Positions 17,574 to 25,848 of a stretch of 32,000 nt of DNA are shown piece by piece; the first letter of the stretch is position 1, and each line of letters starts with the position of its first letter. The DNA comes from Blattabacterium cuenoti (lineage in GTDB: Bacteria; Bacteroidota; Bacteroidia; Flavobacteriales; Blattabacteriaceae), in assembly GCA_014251975.1 (NCBI GenBank), contig CP059204.1, positions 420,001-452,000 on the forward strand. Reading direction: 5' to 3'. A program made the translations under genes and the position numbers. The notes under the pieces are model-generated. The model saw only the letters and a list, made by a program, of their open reading frames with translations. It did not search any database and was not told the origin of the DNA.

Positions 17574-18287
17574 ATGAAGTACAAAAGATTATTATTAAAA
17601 CTAAGTGGTGAATCCCTAATGGGTAATAATGAATTTGGTTTACATTCTATTCGTCTTAAACAATATGCATATGAAGTTAAAAAAGTAGTAGATATGGGTT
17701 CGCAAGTAGCTATAGTAATAGGTGGAGGTAATATATTTAGAGGATACTCTAAAATTAAAAAAAAAATTATTTCTAGAGTAGAAGGTGATTATATTGGTAT
17801 GTTAGCTACTGTAATAAATGGTATTGCATTAAAATCTTATTTAGAAAATATTGGTATTTGCACTAGACTTCAAACTGCAATAAGAATTGATCAAATAGCA
17901 GAACCATTTATAAAAAATAAAGCAATTAATCATCTTGAAAATGGTAAAGTAGTAATATTTGTAGCTGGTATAGGAAATCCATTTTTTACTACAGATACTG
18001 CTGCAGTATTAAGAGCTATAGAAATAAAAGCAGATGTTCTATTAAAAGGGACTAGAGTAGATGGAGTATATACTACTGATCCAGAAAAAAATAAATATGC
18101 AAAAAAATTAAAAAATATATCATTTGATATGGTACGTAAAATGAAAATTAAAGTTATGGATCAAACAGCATTTATATTAGGAAGTGAAAATAATTTACCA
18201 ATTATTATTTTTAATATTAATATAAAAGGAAATTTTAAAAAAGTTATTTCTGGAGAAAAAATAGGGACCATAGTATATAAAAAATAA
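17574..18287 (+). CDS. pyrH: UMP kinase
   Basis: 237 aa with motifs RLLLKLSGE, IVIGGGNIFRG, TTDTAAVLRA and GVYTTDP. Confidence 0.95.
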   Translation: MKYKRLLLKLSGESLMGNNEFGLHSIRLKQYAYEVKKVVDMGSQVAIVIGGGNIFRGYSKIKKKIISRVEGDYIGMLATVINGIALKSYLENIGICTRLQTAIRIDQIAEPFIKNKAINHLENGKVVIFVAGIGNPFFTTDTAAVLRAIEIKADVLLKGTRVDGVYTTDPEKNKYAKKLKNISFDMVRKMKIKVMDQTAFILGSENNLPIIIFNINIKGNFKKVISGEKIGTIVYKK

Positions 18288-18298
18288 ATAATTTATTT

Positions 18299-18853
18299 AT
18301 GGAAGAAATAAATCAAATAACATATTTTTGTAAAAAAAAAATGAGATATGTTTTAAATAATCTTTACAAAGAAATTCATCATATTAGGATAGGGAGCCGC
18401 TCTATTGCTGCTCTTTTGGAAAAAATAAAGGTTAAATGTTATGATACTAAATTATTTTTACCTGAAATATCTACTATAACAATAATTGATAATATGAATA
18501 TTACTATTCAACCATGGGATATATCTATAATTTCAAATATTGATAAAACAATTATTAATGAAAATTTAGGTATCGTACCTACTAATAATGGTAAATTAAT
18601 TCATATAAAAATTCCTATAATTACAGAAGAAGGTAGAAAAATTTTAATAAAAAAAATAAAAAAATTAACAGAGTTATCCAAAATTCTTATAAGAAACATA
18701 AGAAAAAAAAGTAAACAAAGTATAAAAAAATTAAATATATCTGAAGATTTATGTAAAACAAGTGAGAATAAAATTCAAAATATAACTACAGATTATATAA
18801 AAAAAATAGATTTTTTTTTTCTTAAAAAAGAACAAGAAATACTAAGAATTTAA
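18299..18853 (+). CDS. frr: ribosome recycling factor
   Basis: 184 aa. Position directly after pyrH, length and pattern (ITIQPWD, PIITEEGRK, IRNIRKK) all fit Frr. Confidence 0.9.
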   Translation: MEEINQITYFCKKKMRYVLNNLYKEIHHIRIGSRSIAALLEKIKVKCYDTKLFLPEISTITIIDNMNITIQPWDISIISNIDKTIINENLGIVPTNNGKLIHIKIPIITEEGRKILIKKIKKLTELSKILIRNIRKKSKQSIKKLNISEDLCKTSENKIQNITTDYIKKIDFFFLKKEQEILRI

Positions 18854-18855
18854 AA

Positions 18856-20262
18856 ATGGTAAATAAATATTATATAAAAGAATTATTAAAAAATGAAAAA
18901 TTATTTTTAAATAAAAAGATATTAATTGAAGGATGGGTCCGGTCAATTCGTTATTCTATTTTTGTTTCTTTGAATGATGGTTCAACAGTAAAAAATTTAC
19001 AGATAATTTTACAAAAAAATTTAGATAAAAGTATTTTAAAAAAAATTACTATTGGAACTTCTATAAAAGTAGTAGGATTTATTGAAAAAAGTTTAGGAAG
19101 AGAACAATCAATTGAATTAAAGTCTATATATTTATATATTCATAAATCAGTAGATACTACATATATTCAAAAATCTATTTTACAACCTAAAAAGCACACA
19201 TTAGAAAAACTTAGAAAACAAGCACATCTACGTTTTCAAACAAATATTTTTAGTTGTATTATGAGAATACGTCATTATACTTCTTTTTGCATACATAAAT
19301 ATTTTAATAAAAAAAATTTTTTTTATATTCATACACCAATTATTACTACTTCAAATTGTGAAGGTAATAGTAAAATGTTTCATATAACTACAATAGATAA
19401 TAATTCTACCTTATCTTATAAAGATTATTATAAAGATTTTTTTAAAAAAAAAACTTATTTAAGTGTTTCGGGGCAATTAGAAGCAGAATCTGCAGCAATA
19501 GGATTAGGTAAAGTATATACTTTTGGTCCAGTATTTCGTGCAGAAAATTCAAATACATCAAAACATCTCGCTGAATTTTGGATGGTTGAACCAGAAATAG
19601 CATTTTATGACCTTAATGATAATATTAATTTAGCTGAAGATTGTATAAAAAATATTATTAAATATGTTCTTTATAATTGTTTAGATGACTTATATTTTTT
19701 AGAAAAAAATTTAAAAAAGTGGAATAATAAAAAACAAGATTTTCTTATAAATAGATTAAAATTTGTATTAAAAAAACCATTTCAAAGAATTAATTATACA
19801 GAAGCTATTAAAATTATTAATAAAGAATATAAAAAAATAAAATATAATCCTATTGTATGGGGTATGGATTTTCAATCAGAACATGAACAATTTTTAGTTA
19901 ATAAATATTTCAATATTCCTATTGTAATATATAATTATCCGTCTTGTATAAAACCTTTTTATATGAAAATAAATGAAGATGGTTTAACAGTTAAAGCTAT
20001 GGACATAATATTTCCATATATAGGAGAAATAATTGGAGGATCTCAAAGAGAAGAACGATATGAATTTCTTATTAATAGAATAAAAAAAACTAAAATAAGT
20101 AAAAAAAATCTATGGTGGTATATAGAGACTAGACTTTTTGGATCAGTTCCTCATAGTGGGTTTGGATTGGGTTTAGATAGATTAATTCAATTTATAACTG
20201 GTATGAAAAATATTCGTGATGTAATACCATTTCCAAGAACGCCAAATAATGCAGAATTTTAA
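18856..20262 (+). CDS. asnS: asparagine--tRNA ligase
   Basis: 468 aa class IIb aaRS with an N-terminal OB fold and motifs FRAENSNTSKHLAEFWMVEPE, GGSQRE and GFGLGLDRL. Confidence 0.95.
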   Translation: MVNKYYIKELLKNEKLFLNKKILIEGWVRSIRYSIFVSLNDGSTVKNLQIILQKNLDKSILKKITIGTSIKVVGFIEKSLGREQSIELKSIYLYIHKSVDTTYIQKSILQPKKHTLEKLRKQAHLRFQTNIFSCIMRIRHYTSFCIHKYFNKKNFFYIHTPIITTSNCEGNSKMFHITTIDNNSTLSYKDYYKDFFKKKTYLSVSGQLEAESAAIGLGKVYTFGPVFRAENSNTSKHLAEFWMVEPEIAFYDLNDNINLAEDCIKNIIKYVLYNCLDDLYFLEKNLKKWNNKKQDFLINRLKFVLKKPFQRINYTEAIKIINKEYKKIKYNPIVWGMDFQSEHEQFLVNKYFNIPIVIYNYPSCIKPFYMKINEDGLTVKAMDIIFPYIGEIIGGSQREERYEFLINRIKKTKISKKNLWWYIETRLFGSVPHSGFGLGLDRLIQFITGMKNIRDVIPFPRTPNNAEF

Positions 20263-20267
20263 TTATT

Positions 20268-21731
20268 ATGTTATTAAAAAATGAATTATTACAAAAAAAA
20301 CAATATAAACTCTCTCCAATACAAATAAAATTAATGAAATTAGTTCAATTATCTACTTTAGATTTTGAAAAAATAATTCAAAAAGAAATTGAAGAAAATC
20401 CTGCTTTAGAAGAAAACTTATTATACGATAGTGATGAAGAATTTAATATAGATATTTTAAATAAAGAAAATAAAATAAATGAACAAAAAGGTCGTTTTTA
20501 TGAACATTTTAATAATTCTAAAATAGAATATTATAAAAATAATAATTTTAAAATAAATAATATAAATATAGACAATGTAGAAGAAAATAATATATTTATA
20601 ACTTATAATATATCTTTTCAAGAATATTTAAAAAATCAATTAAATACTTTTACATTAAATAAAGAAGATTTACTTATATCTGAATTTATATTGGGAAATA
20701 TAGATGACGATGGTTACTTAAGAATTAAGTCTAAAAATATTGTAAATGATATTTTTATAATTATGGGAAAATTAATAAAAGAAGATAAAATTGAATATCT
20801 TATAAAAAAATATATACAAAAATTAGAACCTATTGGTACAGGATCAAGAAATATACAAGAATGTTTATTAATTCAATTAAATGAAATAAGAAATAAAAAT
20901 TTATATATATTATTAGCAATAAAAATGGTAAAAAATTATTTTAATTATTTTGTAAAAAAATATTACTTAAAATTGCAAAAAAAATTAAATGTAACGAAAA
21001 ATGAATTAAAACAAATTATTTTTATAGTAAAAAAATTAAATCCAAAACCAGGTAGAATTTATTCTGAAAATATAAAAATTTCAGATAATATAATTCCTGA
21101 TTTTACTATATATATTTCAGATAACGAAAAATTAGAGTTAGTTTTAAATAAAAGTAACTATCCAAATCTAAAAATATCATGTTCATATTTAAATATGTTA
21201 AAATATTATAAAAATTTAAAAAGAAAATATAAAACAACAATAGTATATATTAACAATAAAATTAATTCAGCAAAATTGTTCATCGATACTGTAAAAAAAC
21301 GAAAAAATACATTAATTTCAACTATGAATGCAATTATAAATTATCAAAAAGAATATTTTTTAACTGGAGATATTCTAAAAATAAAACCAATGATTTTAAA
21401 AAATATATCTGAAAAAATTGGAGTGGATATATCTACAGTATCTAGAGTAGCTAATAATAAATATGTAAATACACCATATGGAACATTTTTGATTAAAAGT
21501 TTTTTCTCAGAAAAAATTAAAAATATAAAAGGAAAATATATATCATCTATTGAAATTAAAAAATTACTAGATGAATCAATATCCAAAGAAAATAAAGAAT
21601 ATCCTTTTACTGATTATAAATTATCAGAAATACTAAAAAAACAGGGATATATTATTGCTAGAAGGACTATTACAAAATATAGAGATCAAATGAATATACC
21701 TATAGCTAGTATGAGAAAATCATTATTGTAA
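20268..21731 (+). CDS. rpoN: RNA polymerase sigma-54 factor
   Basis: 487 aa with an N-terminal Q/L-rich region I, a core-binding region, an HTH (ISTVSRVANNKYV) and a C-terminal RpoN box (ARRTITKYR). Confidence 0.9.
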   Translation: MLLKNELLQKKQYKLSPIQIKLMKLVQLSTLDFEKIIQKEIEENPALEENLLYDSDEEFNIDILNKENKINEQKGRFYEHFNNSKIEYYKNNNFKINNINIDNVEENNIFITYNISFQEYLKNQLNTFTLNKEDLLISEFILGNIDDDGYLRIKSKNIVNDIFIIMGKLIKEDKIEYLIKKYIQKLEPIGTGSRNIQECLLIQLNEIRNKNLYILLAIKMVKNYFNYFVKKYYLKLQKKLNVTKNELKQIIFIVKKLNPKPGRIYSENIKISDNIIPDFTIYISDNEKLELVLNKSNYPNLKISCSYLNMLKYYKNLKRKYKTTIVYINNKINSAKLFIDTVKKRKNTLISTMNAIINYQKEYFLTGDILKIKPMILKNISEKIGVDISTVSRVANNKYVNTPYGTFLIKSFFSEKIKNIKGKYISSIEIKKLLDESISKENKEYPFTDYKLSEILKKQGYIIARRTITKYRDQMNIPIASMRKSLL

Positions 21732-21749
21732 TTTAATTAATTACAATAA
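21723..21749. repeat. perfect 11-bp inverted repeat with a 5-nt loop, spanning the rpoN stop codon (possible weak hairpin)
   Basis: ttattgtaatt-taatt-aattacaataa. All pairs are A-T except one G-C, and no T-run follows immediately, so terminator function is doubtful. Confidence 0.4.
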
Positions 21750-21761
21750 ATACATATATAT

Positions 21762-21797
21762 ATCTTTTTGTTTATTAGAATCTTTTTGTTTGTTAGA
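21762..21797. repeat. 18-bp tandem duplication (2 copies, 1 mismatch) in the convergent rpoN/sufE spacer
   Basis: atctttttgtttattaga followed by atctttttgtttgttaga. Confidence 0.85.
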
Positions 21798-21804
21798 AAA
21801 AAAA

Positions 21805-22263
21805 TTATTTTTGTAAAATATTTTTATTATAATTATTCTCAACAGAATTTTTGTATTCAAAATTTATAGAATATAGTTTTATTTTTTTTACTAACAATAT
21901 CATACCGTTAGATCTATTTGGTGATAAAAAGTTAGAAAAACCAATTTCAGAAATAAAATCATAATTAGAATTAATAATTTCTGTAGTTAACAATCCAGAA
22001 TATAAATAAATAATAAGTGCAGCAATTCCTCTTGGTAATAATGCATCACTATCTGCATCAAAAAAAATACGTTTTTTATTATATTTAGCTTCTAACCACA
22101 AATTAGATTGGCATCCATAAATTAATTTATCTTTAGATCTAAATTTATCTGATTTTTTTTTTAATTTATTCCCTAAATCTATTAAATATTCATATCTATT
22201 TTCCCAGTTTTCAAGAAGTTTAAAATTTTCTTTTATTTTTTTTTTTCTATATTTTAGATTCAT
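21805..22263 (-). CDS. sufE: SufE-family cysteine desulfuration / sulfur acceptor protein
   Basis: 152 aa with the acceptor-cysteine motif YGCQSNLWL and a SufE-like length. Confidence 0.85.
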   Translation of the reverse strand: MNLKYRKKKIKENFKLLENWENRYEYLIDLGNKLKKKSDKFRSKDKLIYGCQSNLWLEAKYNKKRIFFDADSDALLPRGIAALIIYLYSGLLTTEIINSNYDFISEIGFSNFLSPNRSNGMILLVKKIKLYSINFEYKNSVENNYNKNILQK

Positions 22264-22700
22264 TATTTTTTTTAAATTTATTTATTATTTTTATAATTTA
22301 ATTTGTTTGAGAAAATAGGGGATAATTGTAAATTAAATCTTTGTATGTTATTTTTTTAGTATTACACTAAAAATATTTTTTCTTTTTTCATAACTATTTT
22401 TTATATATACCCTTATTACCCTTATACTTATTCTCCTTATACCCTACCAAAAATATTTATTTTTATTATCTAAATTGTAATTTATGTGAATTTATTTATT
22501 ATTAAATTAGTAATTTTAGTTATATAATTTCAATCAATATAATATGATTAAATAATTAAAAATAAGTAATTTTACTTAACCACAAAAAAACAAATAAATA
22601 AAATATATTATTTATTTTTTTATAAAAACATTTTAACAATCTTTTTTTAACTGTAATATAAAAATTTTAAATTTATTATTGGTAATTATAGCTAATTTTA

Positions 22701-22955
22701 TTATAATTTTTTGAATTTTTCATATTTTCTTTTAAATTTTTCAGCAGGACCTGTTTTACCTAAAAATCTTTTTTCTCCTGTAAAAAATGGATGAGAATAG
22801 CTAGATATTTCCATTTTATATAATGGATAATTTTTATCTTTTATTTTTATTGATTCTTTTGTATTTACCGTAGATTTACAAATAAATGTTTTATCATTAT
22901 TAATATCTTTAAATACAACAAATCTATAATTTTCTGGATGTATATTTTCTTTCAT
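22701..22955 (-). CDS. rpmE2: 50S ribosomal protein L31, type B
   Basis: 84 aa, MKENIHPENY...HPFFTG. It lacks the CxxC zinc pair, which indicates type B. Confidence 0.9.
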   Translation of the reverse strand: MKENIHPENYRFVVFKDINNDKTFICKSTVNTKESIKIKDKNYPLYKMEISSYSHPFFTGEKRFLGKTGPAEKFKRKYEKFKKL

Positions 22956-23262
22956 ATTAGTTATTTTAAAATATTCTATATGTATTTATAAGAAATTTTT
23001 TTATTTTCCAAATCATGACAATAATTTTATAAACTTTTTAAGTTTTAAAAATAAAATTTTAATATGTTAATATTTTAATTGTAAATTTATTTTTAAAGTT
23101 GTTTTTATAATTTTTTTTATTATTTGTAAAAATAAAAACATTGTAATTACAGAAAATACAAAAAAGTTTAATTCTACTAAATAAAAAATATAAATTTTTA
23201 TAATTTTTTGTTTAATTATTAATAAACATTGTATTTTTTAATAAAACCATTTTTTTATTTTT

Positions 23263-24012
23263 ATGAAAAAAATCTACAATTCTACTTATAACGAAGAAAA
23301 TATAAAAAATATGTTTAATAAAATATCTAAAAAATATGATATAATTAATTTTTTTCTATCTTTTGGATTAGATTATTTATGGAGGCAACAATCTGTTAAC
23401 TTACTAAAAATGAAAATTATTAAACATAAGAATATTTACAAAATATTAGATTTAGCTACTGGCACAGGTAATTTAGCAATAGCGTTAGCTAAAAAGTTTA
23501 AAAATTCTTACGTTATTGGAATAGATTATTCTGATAAAATGATTGAAATAGCAAAAAAAAAAATTTCATTAAAACTAAAAAAAAGAATAAAATTTATTGT
23601 TGGTAATTCTATAAATATTCCATTTGATAATGAAACATTTGATATTGTTACAATTTCTTTTGGAATAAGAAATTTTACTGATATAGATAATTCTATTAAA
23701 GAAATATATCGTGTATTAAAACCATATGGTATAATTGATATACTAGAATTTTCTAGACCATCTAATTTATTTATTAGAAAAATATATTATTTATATAATT
23801 ATTTAATTACTTATAAAATAGGAGGATTATTATCCAATAATTATTATGCCTATAATTATTTACAAAAATCAATTAAGTTATTTCGTTATAATGGTCTATA
23901 CATGAAAAAATTATTAGAATATCATAAATTCATTAATATTTACATTAAACAATTAACTTTTGGAATAGTATCTATCTATTTATTTAACAAAAACAATATT
24001 AAAAATAATTAA
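23263..24012 (+). CDS. ubiE: demethylmenaquinone / ubiquinone-menaquinone C-methyltransferase
   Basis: 249 aa with N-terminal MFNKISKKYD, LSFGLD..WR, the SAM motif ILDLATGTGN and ISFGIRN. Confidence 0.9.
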   Translation: MKKIYNSTYNEENIKNMFNKISKKYDIINFFLSFGLDYLWRQQSVNLLKMKIIKHKNIYKILDLATGTGNLAIALAKKFKNSYVIGIDYSDKMIEIAKKKISLKLKKRIKFIVGNSINIPFDNETFDIVTISFGIRNFTDIDNSIKEIYRVLKPYGIIDILEFSRPSNLFIRKIYYLYNYLITYKIGGLLSNNYYAYNYLQKSIKLFRYNGLYMKKLLEYHKFINIYIKQLTFGIVSIYLFNKNNIKNN

Positions 24013-24013
24013 A

Positions 24014-25528
24014 ATGATAAACTATTTATCAGGTTATTTATCTTCTTTTTTTTTAAAAAAAAGAATTAAAGAAATTAATTTATTTATGCGTTATCCAGTA
24101 GATATTCAATATAAATTAATGTATCAATTGGTATTATCCGCAAAAAATACAGAATTTGGTAAAAAATATGGATTTAATGACATAAAAAAATATAAACTTT
24201 TCTCTGAAAGAATACCAATATCTAATTATAATGATTTGAAAAAAAATATTGATAGAATTAGAAAAGGAGAAAAAAATATTTTATGGCCCGGAAGAGTAAA
24301 ATGGTTTGCCAGATCTTCTGGAACCACTGGTGAAAAAAGTAAATATATACCAATTACATCATCATCGATGTATGATTGTCATTATAAAGCAGGTAAAGAT
24401 ATGTTATCTGTTTATATTCATAATAATCCAAATACAAAAATTTTTTTTGGTAAAGCAGTCCGTTTAGGAGGAAGTTATTCTATATACAAAGAATATAAAA
24501 CTTTTTATGGTGATCTTTCATCTATTTTAATTAAGAATCTTCCATTGTGGATAGAATATATTTGTATACCTGGAAAAAAAATAACTTTAATTAATTCATG
24601 GGAAAAAAAAATTTATAAAATAATACAAGAAACAGTATTTAAAGATGTTAGAATAATTTTGGGGGTTTGTTCTTGGTTATTATTTTTTTTAAACAAATTG
24701 TTATCAAAATTTAATAAAAAAAATATTTATGAAATATGGCCAAATATGGAAGTAATTTTTCATGGGGGTGTTAGTTTAAAACCTTACTTAATTCAATATA
24801 ATAAATTATTTAATAATTCTGTTAATTATTGTGAAGTATATAGTGCTTCAGAAGGATTTTTTGCTATACAAGACCAAAAAAATTCTAAAGATCTTCTATT
24901 ATTATTAAATCACGGAATTTTTTATGAGTTTATTGCTATAGAAGATATAAATAAATCTAATCCTAAAATAATTCCTATTTCTGATGTAAAATTAAATAAA
25001 AATTATGCTATTGTAATATCTACTAATTCAGGTCTATGGAGATACATTGTAGGTGATACAATAAAATTTACTAATTTATGTCCATATAGAATTTTAATAT
25101 CTGGTAGAACTCAACATTATATTAATTCTTTTGGAGAAGAATTAATTATTGATAATACAGAAGAAGCAATAAAAATAGCTTGTAAAAAAACAAATTCTAT
25201 TGTTTATGAATATACTGTTGCCCCAATTTATATGGATAATGGGAAATCTGGTTCTCACGAATGGATTATAGAATTTCAAAAAAGACCTAATGATATACAA
25301 GAATTTAGATATATTTTGGATCATGAGCTAAAAAAATTAAATTCTGATTATGAAACAAAAAGATATAAAAATATGATTCTACAACCTCCAATTATTAATG
25401 TTGCTAGAAAAGGATTATTCTATGACTGGTTGAAAAAATACAATAAACTAGGAGGACAAAATAAAATACCTCGTTTATCTAACAATAGAAAATATATAAA
25501 TTCTATATTAGAATTAATTAATAATTAA
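24014..25528 (+). CDS. GH3 auxin-responsive-promoter family protein (bacterial GH3-like acyl-adenylate-forming enzyme)
   Basis: 504 aa with an adenylation-type motif SSGTTGEKSKYIP, the YSASEG motif, and the overall length and pattern of the Bacteroidota GH3 family. Confidence 0.85.
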   Translation: MINYLSGYLSSFFLKKRIKEINLFMRYPVDIQYKLMYQLVLSAKNTEFGKKYGFNDIKKYKLFSERIPISNYNDLKKNIDRIRKGEKNILWPGRVKWFARSSGTTGEKSKYIPITSSSMYDCHYKAGKDMLSVYIHNNPNTKIFFGKAVRLGGSYSIYKEYKTFYGDLSSILIKNLPLWIEYICIPGKKITLINSWEKKIYKIIQETVFKDVRIILGVCSWLLFFLNKLLSKFNKKNIYEIWPNMEVIFHGGVSLKPYLIQYNKLFNNSVNYCEVYSASEGFFAIQDQKNSKDLLLLLNHGIFYEFIAIEDINKSNPKIIPISDVKLNKNYAIVISTNSGLWRYIVGDTIKFTNLCPYRILISGRTQHYINSFGEELIIDNTEEAIKIACKKTNSIVYEYTVAPIYMDNGKSGSHEWIIEFQKRPNDIQEFRYILDHELKKLNSDYETKRYKNMILQPPIINVARKGLFYDWLKKYNKLGGQNKIPRLSNNRKYINSILELINN

Positions 25529-25559
25529 ATTGAAAAAATATTTTTAATTTTAAAAGTAC

Positions 25560-25829
25560 ATGAATCTAACTTTGGGGGAAAAAAAAAAAATATTTAAAGA
25601 TTATGGAAAATCAATTTTTGACACAGGAAATACAAAAGTACAAGTTGCATTATTAACTTATCGTATTAATCACTTAAATGTCCATTTAAAAAAAAATAAA
25701 AAAGATTTCAATACAGAAAGATCTCTAATTAAGTTAGTTGGTAAAAGAAAAAAATTATTAAAATACATTAAAAAAAATAGTGAAGAAAATTATAAAAAAA
25801 TCATAAAACGTCTAGGTTTAAGAAAATAA
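25560..25829 (+). CDS. rpsO: 30S ribosomal protein S15
   Basis: 89 aa with DTGNTKVQVALLT.RI..L..HLK..KKD..S. It sits directly upstream of pnp. Confidence 0.95.
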   Translation: MNLTLGEKKKIFKDYGKSIFDTGNTKVQVALLTYRINHLNVHLKKNKKDFNTERSLIKLVGKRKKLLKYIKKNSEENYKKIIKRLGLRK

Positions 25830-25848
25830 TAATGAAAAATATGTAATT

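Noticed and set aside
22264-23262. Hidden tmRNA, RNase P RNA or SRP RNA in the long spacers (also 30237-30819)
   Set aside because: I found none of the conserved GC-containing cores by eye. These include a tRNA-like GGTTCGAATCC end with an acceptor stem, GAGGAAAGTCC, and the SRP helix-8 motifs. A covariance-model scan is still needed to be sure.
23460-23474. TGGCAC as a sigma-54 -24 element
   Set aside because: It lies inside ubiE, where it encodes the conserved TGTG SAM-binding motif. The sequence 5 nt downstream is ATTT rather than TTGC.
373-25324. Short antisense or overlapping ORFs from the track: 373-579(-), 4145-4342(+), 7740-8285(+), 8854-9078(-), 9553-9744(-), 11193-11378(-), 12587-12829(+), 21344-21586(-), 25142-25324(-)
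   Set aside because: Each lies wholly inside a well-supported gene on the opposite strand. They have Ile/Leu/Phe/Lys-rich compositions expected from translating AT-rich antisense sequence and show no recognisable motifs.
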